64,000 nt of DNA from an uncultured delta proteobacterium (GTDB lineage Bacteria; Myxococcota; Myxococcia; Myxococcales; Anaeromyxobacteraceae): the NCBI GenBank assembly GCA_963828255.1, contig CAWHDZ010000018.1, positions 72,638 through 136,637 on the forward strand, read 5' to 3'. This document shows positions 18,855 to 31,388 of the stretch, one piece after another. Below the pieces are notes generated by a model, which searched no databases, was not told where the DNA came from, and worked only from the letters and a program-made list of their open reading frames with translations. Every line of letters begins with the position of its first letter. Position 1 is the stretch's first letter. A program made the position numbers and the translations under genes.

Positions 18855-20801
18855 CTAGTCGGACGACCCGCCGAAGTACTTGCGCGCGTCGAGGCGGAAG
18901 CGGAGGTAGATGTTCCAGCTCGGCCCCAGGCTGAAGGGCTCGCCGGTGGCTCTGTAGGTCACGTCCATCGGGAACTCGACGTTGAAACCAAGCTGGAACT
19001 CGGCCGCGAGCGCGAGCGTGGTCGCGAAGACCCGTGGCGGAACGAATTCGAGGACCGGAAAGTCGAGCTCCAGCGAGTTGTGGTTGATCACCTTCGCGTC
19101 GGCCGCGCTCGCGGTGGGCGTGTAGATGAACTGGTTCGTGTGGCCGGTGAAGCCCCACAGCGTGAAACCGACCTCACGCCCCGCCATGAACTGGAAGCTT
19201 CCGATGGCGGTCTCCCACTTGCGCTGGACCGGGAGGATCCCGCCTCCGGCGGCCGCGAAGACCACCTCGGTGAGCGTCTGCGGGGAGGTGAACATGAGCA
19301 CCGGACCGAGAACGATGAGGTCGAAGGGCAGCACGTAGAACGGCATCCGCATCGAGAGCTTCAGGGCCGACCGCGAGCCCACGCGCGGGATTGCCGGGTC
19401 GGTCCGCCTCCCGATCCCGGTGCAGGTCGTGCACCCGAGGTCGAGCTGGACAGGGCCCGCCACCAGCTCGCCCTGGAGCCAGATCTGCCCGTCCATGTTG
19501 CTCGTGATGACCCCCTCGAGCCCGATGCCGACCCGGGCGCCGATCTCGAACTCCGACCGGATGCGGGTGTTGTTCCAGCTGTCGTAGCCGCCCATGGCGA
19601 GCCCGAGGGTGTAGCCGGAGATCGCGCCCACGAAGGGCCCGATCTCGGCGCGGGAGCGCGGAGGGTGGATCTCGTCCTTGCCGCCCGCCGGGATCGGGGT
19701 GCCCTGGAGGACCATCTGGGTTGCGCTCCGGGCCACCGGCTGGTCCGGCGTAGGCGGCAGGTACTCCTCCTTGCAGAAGTTGAAGGCTACGATCGTCTTC
19801 TCGGCGGGGGAGAGCGGTTCGGCCGGGAGCGGGAAGCGCCCCTCGGCGGCGGTCGCGATCTGGGCCAGGCTCTGGCGCACGGTCGCCGCGGCCACCTTCA
19901 TGTCCTGCTCGCTCATGTGGCCGTCGCCGTGGCTGGCGAAGAGGTCGCCCTTCCATGTCATCGTCGTGAGGCCGATGGTGGAGTAGAGATCATGGGTGCC
20001 CTTCTGCCAGGCGGCCCCACCCCAGGTGGCGGCATAGTGGCCCGCGGAGAAGGAGTCCTCGAGGAAGTGGAGGGCCACCCCCTCGGCGAGGAGCGCCCGA
20101 GCGCCGAGTTCCGCCCGCTCGGCCTCCGGCGCCGCGTGGTACAGGGCGGCGTAGCGCAGGGCCAGCATGTGGTACAGGGCGTAGAGCCCGGTGGCGTTGA
20201 TCTCGGTGCCCGGCGAGAGCACCCGGTCGAGGTACTTGCCGAGGTCCTCCTTGGCCGCCACGGGCGCCCGGGGGAAGAGGAAGTGGGCGTTGTTGCCCTC
20301 GGCTCGCGTGAGGTATCGCGGGTCCACGTACTGCATGGCCAGGTGGGACAGGCTCAGGAAATCGGTGCGCTGGGCCTCGTCCTTCGAGCTCGCGAGGCGC
20401 TCCTTCGTCTTCGCCGCCACCCACACCACCTTCGCCGCCCACGGCTCCTTGGCGGCGTCGGACCACAGTTCCGCGGCGGTGCAGGAGTGGTCGCCCGCGA
20501 GCGCCGGGAAGGCGGCGAAGTCGACGCAGACCTTGTCCCACTCGCCTCTCGGGACGTTGGTCGGCTCGGACCCGGGGTCGACGACCTTCTCGCAGACCTG
20601 CTTGCCCCCGATCGCGCGAACCCCCACCCACATCTGGTCGATGGTCTTCTTCTGCGCAGCCGGGAGATCGCGGAGTGCCTCGGCGGCGATGTCCCGGTGC
20701 TCCGGCCAGATCCAGGCGGCCGCCGACGTCGGGAGCAGCGTCGCCGCAAGGAGGAACAGGACGGTGGCGGCGAATCCAGCTCCAGCAGTGCGCGGTTTCA
20801 C
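18855..20801 (-). CDS. Secreted protein with phospholipase C/P1-nuclease-like Zn-ligand motifs and a beta-rich C-terminal region
   Basis: Signal peptide ending AAA, then WIWPEH; later NNAHF, LHFLEDSFSAGH and THD. Confidence 0.65.
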   Translation of the reverse strand: MKPRTAGAGFAATVLFLLAATLLPTSAAAWIWPEHRDIAAEALRDLPAAQKKTIDQMWVGVRAIGGKQVCEKVVDPGSEPTNVPRGEWDKVCVDFAAFPALAGDHSCTAAELWSDAAKEPWAAKVVWVAAKTKERLASSKDEAQRTDFLSLSHLAMQYVDPRYLTRAEGNNAHFLFPRAPVAAKEDLGKYLDRVLSPGTEINATGLYALYHMLALRYAALYHAAPEAERAELGARALLAEGVALHFLEDSFSAGHYAATWGGAAWQKGTHDLYSTIGLTTMTWKGDLFASHGDGHMSEQDMKVAAATVRQSLAQIATAAEGRFPLPAEPLSPAEKTIVAFNFCKEEYLPPTPDQPVARSATQMVLQGTPIPAGGKDEIHPPRSRAEIGPFVGAISGYTLGLAMGGYDSWNNTRIRSEFEIGARVGIGLEGVITSNMDGQIWLQGELVAGPVQLDLGCTTCTGIGRRTDPAIPRVGSRSALKLSMRMPFYVLPFDLIVLGPVLMFTSPQTLTEVVFAAAGGGILPVQRKWETAIGSFQFMAGREVGFTLWGFTGHTNQFIYTPTASAADAKVINHNSLELDFPVLEFVPPRVFATTLALAAEFQLGFNVEFPMDVTYRATGEPFSLGPSWNIYLRFRLDARKYFGGSSD

Positions 20802-21934
20802 GGTTGCTCCTTCAGTTCGAGACGCTTCGGACCTCCATCGACGTCGCCGACCCAGGCGACGAGGAGCGTCCAGGTGACTGCCAGCAACACGGGCCCGATG
20901 AAGAGGCCGATGACCCCGAAACCGATCACCCCACCGATCACGCCGGAGAGGATGAGGATGAGGGGAAGGTCGGCCCCCTTCTTGATGAGCATGGGGCGAA
21001 GGACGTTGTCGAGCGTCAGGGCCACGATCGAGATCACGAGGAGCAGGGTTCCTCGCCCCACCGCCCCGGACGAGTAGAGCCAGATGGTCGCAGGCGCCAC
21101 CACGAGGATCGGTCCGATCTGGGCGATGCAGAGGACGAACACGATGGCCGTGAGGAGACCGGCGCCCGGGATGCCTGCGACGAAAAGCCCGACCCCTGCG
21201 AGCACCGTCTGCGCCACCGCGGTGACGATGACACCCAGCGCCACCGCCCGCACCGCCTTGGCAGCCAGCCGTCCAGAATTCTCCGTCCGCTCCCCGCCGA
21301 GGCGGCGCAGGAAGCGCAGGACACCCTTCGCCGCAGACTCTCCCGAAGCGTAGAGGATGCCGGCGACGATCACCATGAGCAGGAGCTGGACGATCACGCC
21401 GCCAAGATCCCCCGCTTCGGAGACGATCCACTGCACCGTCTGCCGTGCGTACGGCTGGAGCCGCGTGACGACCGCCTCTGGATTGCCGGTGAACCCTTGC
21501 CACCTCCCGGCCAGCCGCTCACCCAGGAGCGGCACCCGGTGCAGCCAGTCCGGTGGAGGCGGGAAGCCCTGGGTCGCGAGCGATCGCAAGGACTCGCCGA
21601 TCCGGTCCGCGTTGCTCACGACCGCTTCAACCCCGATCCAGATGGGCGTCACGACCAGCGCGAGAAGCGCGATGACCATGATCGCCACCGCTGGGCCCCG
21701 GCGTCCCCCGAGGCGGGCCTGGAAACCGGTGAGGATGGGCCAGGTCGCGATGACGATGGTCGCGGCCCACACCACCGAGAGGGCGAACGGACGCATCACC
21801 CAGATGCTTGCGCCGACCATCGCGCCCATGGCGAGGACGCCCAGCGTGATGCGGGGGAGGTCGTATGCCGGCGGGGAGGGATTCAGGGAGTGCCTCGTTG
21901 GTACAGGTGGACCAGCAATGAATCTCGCGCTCAC
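20798..21934 (-). CDS. AI-2E family transporter (YdiK-like), start uncertain
   Basis: WAATIVIATWP, IAQIGP, DNVLRP and ILSGVIGG. Confidence 0.88.
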   Translation of the reverse strand: MSARFIAGPPVPTRHSLNPSPPAYDLPRITLGVLAMGAMVGASIWVMRPFALSVVWAATIVIATWPILTGFQARLGGRRGPAVAIMVIALLALVVTPIWIGVEAVVSNADRIGESLRSLATQGFPPPPDWLHRVPLLGERLAGRWQGFTGNPEAVVTRLQPYARQTVQWIVSEAGDLGGVIVQLLLMVIVAGILYASGESAAKGVLRFLRRLGGERTENSGRLAAKAVRAVALGVIVTAVAQTVLAGVGLFVAGIPGAGLLTAIVFVLCIAQIGPILVVAPATIWLYSSGAVGRGTLLLVISIVALTLDNVLRPMLIKKGADLPLILILSGVIGGVIGFGVIGLFIGPVLLAVTWTLLVAWVGDVDGGPKRLELKEQP

Positions 21935-22980
21935 GCCTCGGCAAACTGGACGACGACCTTGATGTCACCCTCCCCGCGTTGCAGGGCCTCCGCGAATTCC
22001 TCGGGCCGCTCTCTTCGCGTCAGGAGTCGCCCGAGCCATGAGCGATCGGCGCGGGCCAGCGCCTCGCCGGCCTTGTACCAGTGGCGCTTGTTGGCGTTGA
22101 CGCTGCCGACCACCACGTTGTTCTGGAGCACCACCTCGGCGGCGACGTCGGCGGTGGTGAGCCCGGAGGTCCGACCACCGTGCCCCACCCCGGTGAGACA
22201 AACCACGCCACCGGCCCCGATTCCCCTGATCGAGTCGGCGATCACCTGTCCGGCTCCCGTACATTCGACAATGACGTCCGGTTCGAATCCGACGTCCTTC
22301 ACCGAGCCGGAGTGGTAGGTCGCGCCGAGGGCCTGCACGAGGTCGGGCTTCGGGCCCGACGTCTCCCGACTCAGGACGTGGACGTCGAGCCCGCGCTGCA
22401 TGCCGACCATCGCGGCCAGGAGCCCGATGGGCCCCGCGCCCGTCACCAGCGCCGTTCGTGGCTCCCAGAACGAACGCTGGCCGACCCGGGCGACCTGCTC
22501 CCAGGCCTTCGCCACCACCGTCGTGGGCTCGAGGAGGACGCCCAGGATGCCGAGGGATCGGTCGATCTTCATGGCGTACTCGGGCTCGATCCGCCATCGC
22601 TCCGACATGAAGCCGTCGATCTGCTTGATGCCGCGCTCGGTATACTGCCCGTTCCGGCACATGTCCCACTCCCCCACCGCGCAGTTGGGGCAAGGAACGG
22701 GATCGGGACGGCGGACGATCCCCACCACGAGATCGCCCTTCTGGAGGCCGCCGGACGGGCCGGGGTCGATGACCCGGCCGAGGGATTCGTGACCCAGCAC
22801 GAGATCCTTCTTTCCGGAGGGAGCCCAGCCGTACTTCCCCTCCACGATCTCGATGTCGGTGCCACAGACCCCGACGGCGATGGCTTCGACCAGCACCGAT
22901 CCGCTGGCCGGGTCTGGTTCCGGGACCTGCGCCAGTCGAGCAGACCCGGGGACTTTCGGCTCCACGGTGATCGCACGCAT
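21931..22980 (-). CDS. Zn-dependent (MDR) glucose 1-dehydrogenase
   Basis: GVCGTD, LGHESLG, CPNC...DMC, ERGIK, GAGPIG and GSVNAN. Confidence 0.9.
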   Translation of the reverse strand: MRAITVEPKVPGSARLAQVPEPDPASGSVLVEAIAVGVCGTDIEIVEGKYGWAPSGKKDLVLGHESLGRVIDPGPSGGLQKGDLVVGIVRRPDPVPCPNCAVGEWDMCRNGQYTERGIKQIDGFMSERWRIEPEYAMKIDRSLGILGVLLEPTTVVAKAWEQVARVGQRSFWEPRTALVTGAGPIGLLAAMVGMQRGLDVHVLSRETSGPKPDLVQALGATYHSGSVKDVGFEPDVIVECTGAGQVIADSIRGIGAGGVVCLTGVGHGGRTSGLTTADVAAEVVLQNNVVVGSVNANKRHWYKAGEALARADRSWLGRLLTRRERPEEFAEALQRGEGDIKVVVQFAEA

Positions 22981-22982
22981 GC

Positions 22983-25775
<2,793 letters not shown>

Positions 25776-25807
25776 CTGAAACCTCCTGCTGCGTTGGACC
25801 GGCCCGG

Positions 25808-26008
25808 TCATTTCGCAGTGTAGCCCTTCCCCTCCATGCAGGCCGAGAACCCTTTCTTGAACTGGTCCAGCTGGGCCTGCCCGGCCGCCTGCGCCTGCTG
25901 CTGGGCAGCGGCGGCGTCCTTCATCTGATCCCTTCGCCCCTTGACGGCGCCCACCGTGGCGCCGATCGCAGCGCCCTTCGCCGCACCCTTCACGGCGCCG
26001 CCCTTCAT
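25808..26008 (-). pseudogene. Glycine-zipper protein, C-terminal fragment
   Basis: GAAKGAAIGATVGAV...FSACMEGKGY; no N-terminal signal region. Confidence 0.5.
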
Positions 26009-26046
26009 TCTAGCTTCCAGCGATTCAGGGACGGATGTGTGATGGC

Positions 26047-26670
26047 CTACTTCTTCTTCGCCTTCTCCAGCTTGATGGCCACGGCCTCGACGTACGTGGC
26101 GAGGAGCCTGTCGCCGACCTTCAGCTTCTCGAGCTGGACCTTGGGGCCGGCCTTCACCTGGTAGACGTTCCCGCCAGGCCCCTCGAACGACACCAGCCGC
26201 TTCGCGGAGTCGATCTTGGTGACGGTCACCGTGCCCCGGACTCCTGCCGCGGCCACGGCGCCGGGCGCCTGGTCCTTCTCCGCTCGACCGCCGGTGGCGA
26301 TCGCAGTCACCGGGACGTTCTCCGACCCCGCGGGCTGGAACTCGAGCGCGAGCCCCTGCTCGTACTCGATCCTGATGACGTCGCCCACGGCGAACTCGGC
26401 GAATCGCTTCACGTCCGGTCCCACCTTGAAGGTCTGGGTCTCGCCGGACTTGGCCTTCAGGGTGACGGTGCGTGCCGCGGCGTCGATGGCCGAGATCGTG
26501 GCGGTGGCCTGGGCCGTCCGCTTGGCGGTGGCCTTGCCGGGCGTGCCGGTGTTGTCCACCTCGACAGGAGCCGGGGTGGCTGCGGCCGGGGCCGGCGCCC
26601 TGGCGGGGGCCTGGGCGCTGGCGAACGTGGCGACGAGGACTGCGACGAAGGACGCGAGCAACTTTCTCAT
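26047..26670 (-). CDS. Secreted protein with two OB-fold-like repeats
   Basis: Signal peptide; ATISAIDAAARTVTL...VGD and VTVTKIDSAKRLVSF...KVGD. Confidence 0.8.
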   Translation of the reverse strand: MRKLLASFVAVLVATFASAQAPARAPAPAAATPAPVEVDNTGTPGKATAKRTAQATATISAIDAAARTVTLKAKSGETQTFKVGPDVKRFAEFAVGDVIRIEYEQGLALEFQPAGSENVPVTAIATGGRAEKDQAPGAVAAAGVRGTVTVTKIDSAKRLVSFEGPGGNVYQVKAGPKVQLEKLKVGDRLLATYVEAVAIKLEKAKKK

Positions 26671-26702
26671 GTGGATCTCCAACCTGCGCGAGAGTGGTTC
26701 GA

Positions 26703-27341
26703 CTAGAAGTGGAACTCGGGGGAGGCCAGCAACTGGAGACCGCCGACCCAGTTGCCGTTGATGCCGCCGCCCTCCAGGACGATGTCGAGGCCGATGCCGA
26801 GCCGGTTCGCGTTCAGGAACGAGGCGCCCCCACCGATGCGAAAGACCCCGCCGATGCTGGAATTGGGACCGATGAGCATGCCGCCTCCGACACGGAAGCG
26901 TCCCACCGTGTCCTGGGACGGGGGCCCGAACTTGGCGACGTAGTCGATGGTCGGTTCCCAGACGGTGACGCTCTGGGACGCGTCCACGTAGGCGACGTTG
27001 TTGTAGTAGGTGGAGGTGACCGATCCCATGAGGACGGTGAATCCGACACTGATGTTGTTCATCCCGCCCAGGTTGAAGTCGATCTGCGGCCCCACGATGA
27101 AGGGGATGTAGCTCGTGTAGGAGCCCGTGGAGCAGTAGTAGCCCCAGTAGTAGTAGCAGTCGTAGTAGCCCGAGTTGTAGAACCCCACACCGAGGTTCAC
27201 GCGCGCCACGTTGTTCCAGAGCTGGAGCTGCTGGACCGGCTGCGGCTGCTGGCCGGGCTGGGTGAAGGTGTACTGCGCCGCCGCGGGCGCCGCGGAAGCC
27301 AGGGCCACTGCGAGGACTGCCATCCGGATCCAGGTACGCAT
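26703..27341 (-). CDS. Hypothetical outer-membrane beta-barrel protein
   Basis: Signal peptide; Tyr-rich loop; C-terminal PEFHF. Confidence 0.75.
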   Translation of the reverse strand: MRTWIRMAVLAVALASAAPAAAQYTFTQPGQQPQPVQQLQLWNNVARVNLGVGFYNSGYYDCYYYWGYYCSTGSYTSYIPFIVGPQIDFNLGGMNNISVGFTVLMGSVTSTYYNNVAYVDASQSVTVWEPTIDYVAKFGPPSQDTVGRFRVGGGMLIGPNSSIGGVFRIGGGASFLNANRLGIGLDIVLEGGGINGNWVGGLQLLASPEFHF

Positions 27342-27433
27342 CGTTGCTCCTTCGTTATGACTTCGGGTGAACCTACAGGTGGAACCGCATGAAGATGACC
27401 ACCAGCCTGGCCGATCCGAACCGCCGGCGTGGG

Positions 27434-27757
27434 GAGCTTGTCGTAGGCCTCGGTCGTGACCTCCCAGGTCTTCAAGTCCTTGAGCTGGACGGTCTTCTCC
27501 CTCGGCGAGACGGAGATGGCCTCGGTGCTCGTCCGGACGGCGATCCCGAAGTTCCCGCGGAAGACGGCCTCGTTCGCGACGAGCAGGCTCGCCTCCTTCG
27601 GGATCACGCCGGAGACGTGGTACGGCAGTCCGCAGTTCGCGTACGAAACGTAGGGGCCCCGCTCCACCATCAGGATCTGCGCCTTCTCATCCAGCCGACG
27701 CAATCGCGACGCACACGATGCTCCGCCCGCCACACCTCCCACGATCACGACCTTCAT
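27434..27757 (-). pseudogene. CoA-disulfide reductase / NADH oxidase family, N-terminal about 108 aa only
   Basis: MKVVIVGGVAGGASCASRLRRLDE and SYANCGLPY; similarity stops abruptly after YDKL. Confidence 0.85.
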
Positions 27758-28167
27758 GATTCGTCTCCTGCCTGGGTAGAAGGAACGCCCTGCTTCTCGG
27801 CGCGCACGCGCTCGACCGCTGGAAGCAGTTCGGTCGCGATCGCCCGCTTGATCACGAACTCGTCGGCGCCCGCCTGCAACGCTGCTCGCCGCACGGACTC
27901 CTCGTCGTGGACACTGAGGGCGATCACCTTGAGGCCGGGGCACCGGTCCCGTACGGCCCTCAGCCAGTCGAGGCCGCCGTCCCGGGCGAGCGACACGTCC
28001 ACGACCGCCACATCCGGCCGGAGCCGGTAGGCGACATCCTGGAGCGATGCCTTGTCGGCGACCATGACAACGGTCCCGAAGGCCGTCTCGAGCAGCCCGC
28101 GCACGCCTTCCACAAGGCCGTGGTGGCGGTCGGCGAGCAGGACGCAGCTGGTGGGCCCCCTGGACAC
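27754..28167 (-). CDS. Single-domain response regulator
   Basis: VLLADRH, PDVAVVDVSL, LSVHDE and FVIK. Confidence 0.8.
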   Translation of the reverse strand: MSRGPTSCVLLADRHHGLVEGVRGLLETAFGTVVMVADKASLQDVAYRLRPDVAVVDVSLARDGGLDWLRAVRDRCPGLKVIALSVHDEESVRRAALQAGADEFVIKRAIATELLPAVERVRAEKQGVPSTQAGDES

Positions 28168-28261
28168 GCGCGGAGGCTAGATGAAGCCCCGTGGGCTGTG
28201 ACCTGGGAAAACTACGAGGTCTGGTGCTGTGGATCTGCGAGGACCCAGAAGGGGTCGTTCA

Positions 28262-28912
28262 TCAGGAGCCGACGAGTCCATTCTTGATGGCGAAATGGAT
28301 CAGCTCGGCCCCAGTGTGAAGGCCGAGGGTCTCCATCATCTGATACTTGTGGAACTCCACTGTCCGGGAGGAGATAGCGAGACTGGCAGCGACCTCCTTC
28401 GCCGAGCGCCCCTCCGCCAGGAGCTGGAGGACCTCCAGCTGTCTCGGCGTGAGCGAGGCGACGGGATCATCGCCTCGCTTACGGACATCGTTCATGGCCT
28501 CGAGGACCTCCCCTGCGAGCTGCGGCGCGAGGTAGGTCTTGCCATCGAGCGCGGCGCGTATGGCGAGCACGAGCTCGACCGAGGCCGAGTGCTTCAGGAC
28601 GAACCCGGACGCCCCTGCCTCGAGTGCGCGCCGGGCGAAGCTCACGTCCCGGTGCATGGTCAGGAAGACGACAGGCACGCGGATCCCCTCCTGTCGCAGC
28701 CGCACCAGTGCGCCGATGCCATTCAGGCGGGGCATGGTGACGTCGGCGACGATCACGTCCGGCTGCAACGTCCGGGCGGCTTCGATCATCGCAACCCCGT
28801 CCTCCACCACTCCCACCAGCTCGAACTCCCCGGCCAGAAGGCTCTTCAGCGCCTCGGCCATCATGAGGTGATCGTCGGCGAGGAGCAGACGGGGCTTCCG
28901 AACGATGCTCAC
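28262..28912 (-). CDS. NarL/FixJ family response regulator (LuxR HTH)
   Basis: LLADDH, DVTMPRLNG, LTPRQLEVL and TVEFHK. Confidence 0.92.
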   Translation of the reverse strand: MSIVRKPRLLLADDHLMMAEALKSLLAGEFELVGVVEDGVAMIEAARTLQPDVIVADVTMPRLNGIGALVRLRQEGIRVPVVFLTMHRDVSFARRALEAGASGFVLKHSASVELVLAIRAALDGKTYLAPQLAGEVLEAMNDVRKRGDDPVASLTPRQLEVLQLLAEGRSAKEVAASLAISSRTVEFHKYQMMETLGLHTGAELIHFAIKNGLVGS

Positions 28913-30561
28913 GAGGAAGCCTCCCGTGCAGGCGTCCATGCAACGATCGCGGCGCCGTGGCCGGGCTCACTCTCGATGTCGAGGGTGCCGTTCACGAGAC
29001 GTAGACGCTCCCGCATACTTGCCAGACCGAGGCTCATTGGCGGCCGAGGACCAGCCGTGTCGAAGCCGACACCGTCATCCCGTATCGCAAGGAGGACGCC
29101 GCCATCGATCTGCCGAAGCGTCACGTTCGCCGTTTTCGCATGGGAATGGCGAGCCACATTGTTCAGGGCCTCCTGCGCCACCCGAAACAGGCAGAGTCCT
29201 GCGTCCTTGCCGGGATCGACGCCCGTCGGGTCGAGATCCAGCGAGACTTCAACGCTGCTCCGGCGCCTCAAGCGCTCGCAGGCGGTCCGGAGGGCTTCAC
29301 CCAGGCCCAGCTCCTCGAGGACGGACGAGTGAAGCTGATAGGCGAGCGAGTGGACGTCTTCACTGATGCGCGCGAGTCCCTCCCGGAGAGCCCTCAGGGT
29401 GTCGGCCTGCTTGCCGTCCGTCGCCGCATGCTCGGCACGTCCGGCGTCGATGGCCAGCACCGCGAGGCGTTGGGTCACGTCGTCGTGGAGCTCGCGAGCG
29501 ATCATCGCGCGCTCCTCCTCCTGGGCACGGATCAGGCGACGGCTGAGGTCGGCCAGATTCTCCTCCGCCCGCACGCGCTCCGTGATGTCGCGGAAGACGC
29601 CGTAGGAAACGGTCAGGCGACCACTGGCATCCCTCCTCGTGACTCCCGCAAGGTGGTGGATCCACCTCTGCTCCCCGCCTGGATGAAGGTAGCGGTACTC
29701 GGTCGAGAATCGTTCCAGGCGCCCGTCGTTCATCTGTTCGCGAATATCCAGGACCCGGGGGCGGTCATCCGGATGGAGATGGTCCATCCAGAAGGCGAGC
29801 GCCTCGAGGCCGCCCCGGGCATCCCGTGGAGTGCCGCAGATGTCGTAGAATCGGTCGTCGGCAACGGCAACCTTCCTGGCGTAGTCCAGCTCGTAGTGGG
29901 CGAGGCCGGCCAGCTCGGCCCCAGACTTCAGGCGTGCCTCGGCGTCGCGGAGATCGACGAGCACGGCATTCCGTTCCAGGCATCCGACGAACAGCTCCCC
30001 CAGCACACGGATTCGGGTGACGAGCTCGTCGGGCCAATCGTGCTCGAGATGGACGGTTTGTATGGCGATCAGGTGGCGAACCTCGCCACCCGTCTCGATG
30101 GGGAGCACCAGGCTGGATCGGATCCCCATCGCCTCCCAGTGGGGCCGTTCGGCCCTCGCCTCAGGCGGCAGGTCGTCGAGGCGTGAGATGCGGACCGGCA
30201 GGCGCTTGACGAGCAGCCGGTGGCTCGCCCACGGGAACACCTCGACCAGGTTGACTTCGGGGGGCACCGGGGCGACTCCGTCCGAATAGGACGCCAGGCG
30301 AACGCTCGCTGCCTGCCGCGGAGAACTGACCAAGAGGAGGGCGCATCGGTCGGCATCGAAGAACCTGCGGACGCGATCCAGGGCTTGCTCGATCTCGCGC
30401 TCGGCCTGCTCAGGAGACGCCTTCATGAGCGCGGCGGACGTATCGGCGATGAGCGACTCGAACTCGAGCCGCTCTTCGTAGTTCACCTTGGCTTGGCGCT
30501 CGTACATGTCGTCCCGGTTCACATCATAGTCCACGGGCTCGCCCGAGAGGCGCGAGGTCAA
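28909..30561 (-). CDS. GAF/PAS sensor histidine kinase (HisKA_3)
   Basis: HPDD PAS motif, ARELHDD, QEALNN, DDGVGF and LGL..MRER. Confidence 0.9.
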   Translation of the reverse strand: MTSRLSGEPVDYDVNRDDMYERQAKVNYEERLEFESLIADTSAALMKASPEQAEREIEQALDRVRRFFDADRCALLLVSSPRQAASVRLASYSDGVAPVPPEVNLVEVFPWASHRLLVKRLPVRISRLDDLPPEARAERPHWEAMGIRSSLVLPIETGGEVRHLIAIQTVHLEHDWPDELVTRIRVLGELFVGCLERNAVLVDLRDAEARLKSGAELAGLAHYELDYARKVAVADDRFYDICGTPRDARGGLEALAFWMDHLHPDDRPRVLDIREQMNDGRLERFSTEYRYLHPGGEQRWIHHLAGVTRRDASGRLTVSYGVFRDITERVRAEENLADLSRRLIRAQEEERAMIARELHDDVTQRLAVLAIDAGRAEHAATDGKQADTLRALREGLARISEDVHSLAYQLHSSVLEELGLGEALRTACERLRRRSSVEVSLDLDPTGVDPGKDAGLCLFRVAQEALNNVARHSHAKTANVTLRQIDGGVLLAIRDDGVGFDTAGPRPPMSLGLASMRERLRLVNGTLDIESEPGHGAAIVAWTPAREASS

Positions 30562-30599
30562 TGGTGACCTGCACGGGCGCGAGCGTCAGTGACGTGCCG

Positions 30600-30949
30600 C
30601 GGGGACATCCATCGCGCGAAAAGCCTCGCCCATGCCTCCCTGCGAGCCTGCGATGCCTCGATCTCGGAAAGCCTGGCAAGTCCTAGCCTCGGGAGCGCAT
30701 CCAGAGCACCGGAACCTCGTCTTGGGCCCACCGGACGGCCTCGCGCAGTAGCTGACTGGGCTTCAGGAACACACCACGCTCGATACCGTAGAGCCCGGCG
30801 GCCTTCTCGCGCAGCGCCTCCGGATCGAGAAGCGCCTTGCCCTGAGCGAACGCCAAGGCGAGCGCACGCCCGACTCCGTTCTTCTGGAGCCGCTGCGCGA
30901 GCAGAAGGATCTCCGTCTCCGTCGCCGGCCGCTGCTTCACCTCTGCCAA
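30600..30949 (-). pseudogene. Unidentified gene fragment
   Basis: 88-aa ORF 30683..30949 with protein-like composition that seems to continue in another frame; it abuts the integrase remnant. Confidence 0.3.
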
Positions 30950-30981
30950 CTGGAGGAGCGTGTGCTCGACGAAGACACCGA

Positions 30982-31107
30982 CGTCGGAACACCTTCGCGT
31001 CTCAACGGGTCATGCACGGGGGCTTGATCGAGAAGCTGAAGGAAATCCTTGGGCACGACTCGGTGGTCATGACCGATCGATGCGCCCACCTCCGACCCGA
31101 CCTCTGG
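30982..31107 (+). pseudogene. Tyrosine integrase C-terminal (box II) remnant
   Basis: RNTFASQRVMHGGLIEKLKEILGHDSVVMTDRCAHLRPD matches the RHTFAS...LGH...T..Y.H pattern, with the catalytic Tyr changed to Cys. Confidence 0.85.
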
Positions 31108-31176
31108 GGCGTGATCGCGGGAAGGCACATCCCCCGACCTATTTCGCGGACGGATCGGTATTCAACCCACGTGAAA

Positions 31177-31224
31177 CGCGACATCCGTGTCGTGGTTCAA
31201 CCAGTTGAACCACTCCTTCGGGTG
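31177..31224. repeat. 48-bp palindromic element, copy 2
   Basis: CGCGACAtccgTGTCGTGGTTCAACCAGTTGAACCACTCCTTCGGGTG, containing the perfect inverted repeat GTGGTTCAAC-CA-GTTGAACCAC. Confidence 0.9.
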
Positions 31225-31233
31225 ACAAGTATG

Positions 31234-31262
31234 AATGCCGGAGCCGCCCTGCAAGCCGGGTC
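31234..31262. repeat. Direct repeat of the rnpB 3' end (att site)
   Basis: aatgccggagccgccctgcaagccgggtc, 28/29 identical to 56062-56090. Confidence 0.95.
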
Positions 31263-31366
31263 GGTAGTTCACGGTCCGTCAGGGTGCTCCCTGCGTGGCC
31301 AGGACACGACAATCCACGGGTTTAGGGAGACCCTGTCGGACCCCGAGTGTCCCGGGTGGACAGAGT

Positions 31367-31388
31367 TATGCCACCCATATGCCACCCA
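31367..31388. repeat. Tandem 11-bp repeat, putative integrase arm-type sites
   Basis: TATGCCACCCA twice, about 105 bp inside the att repeat. Confidence 0.6.
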
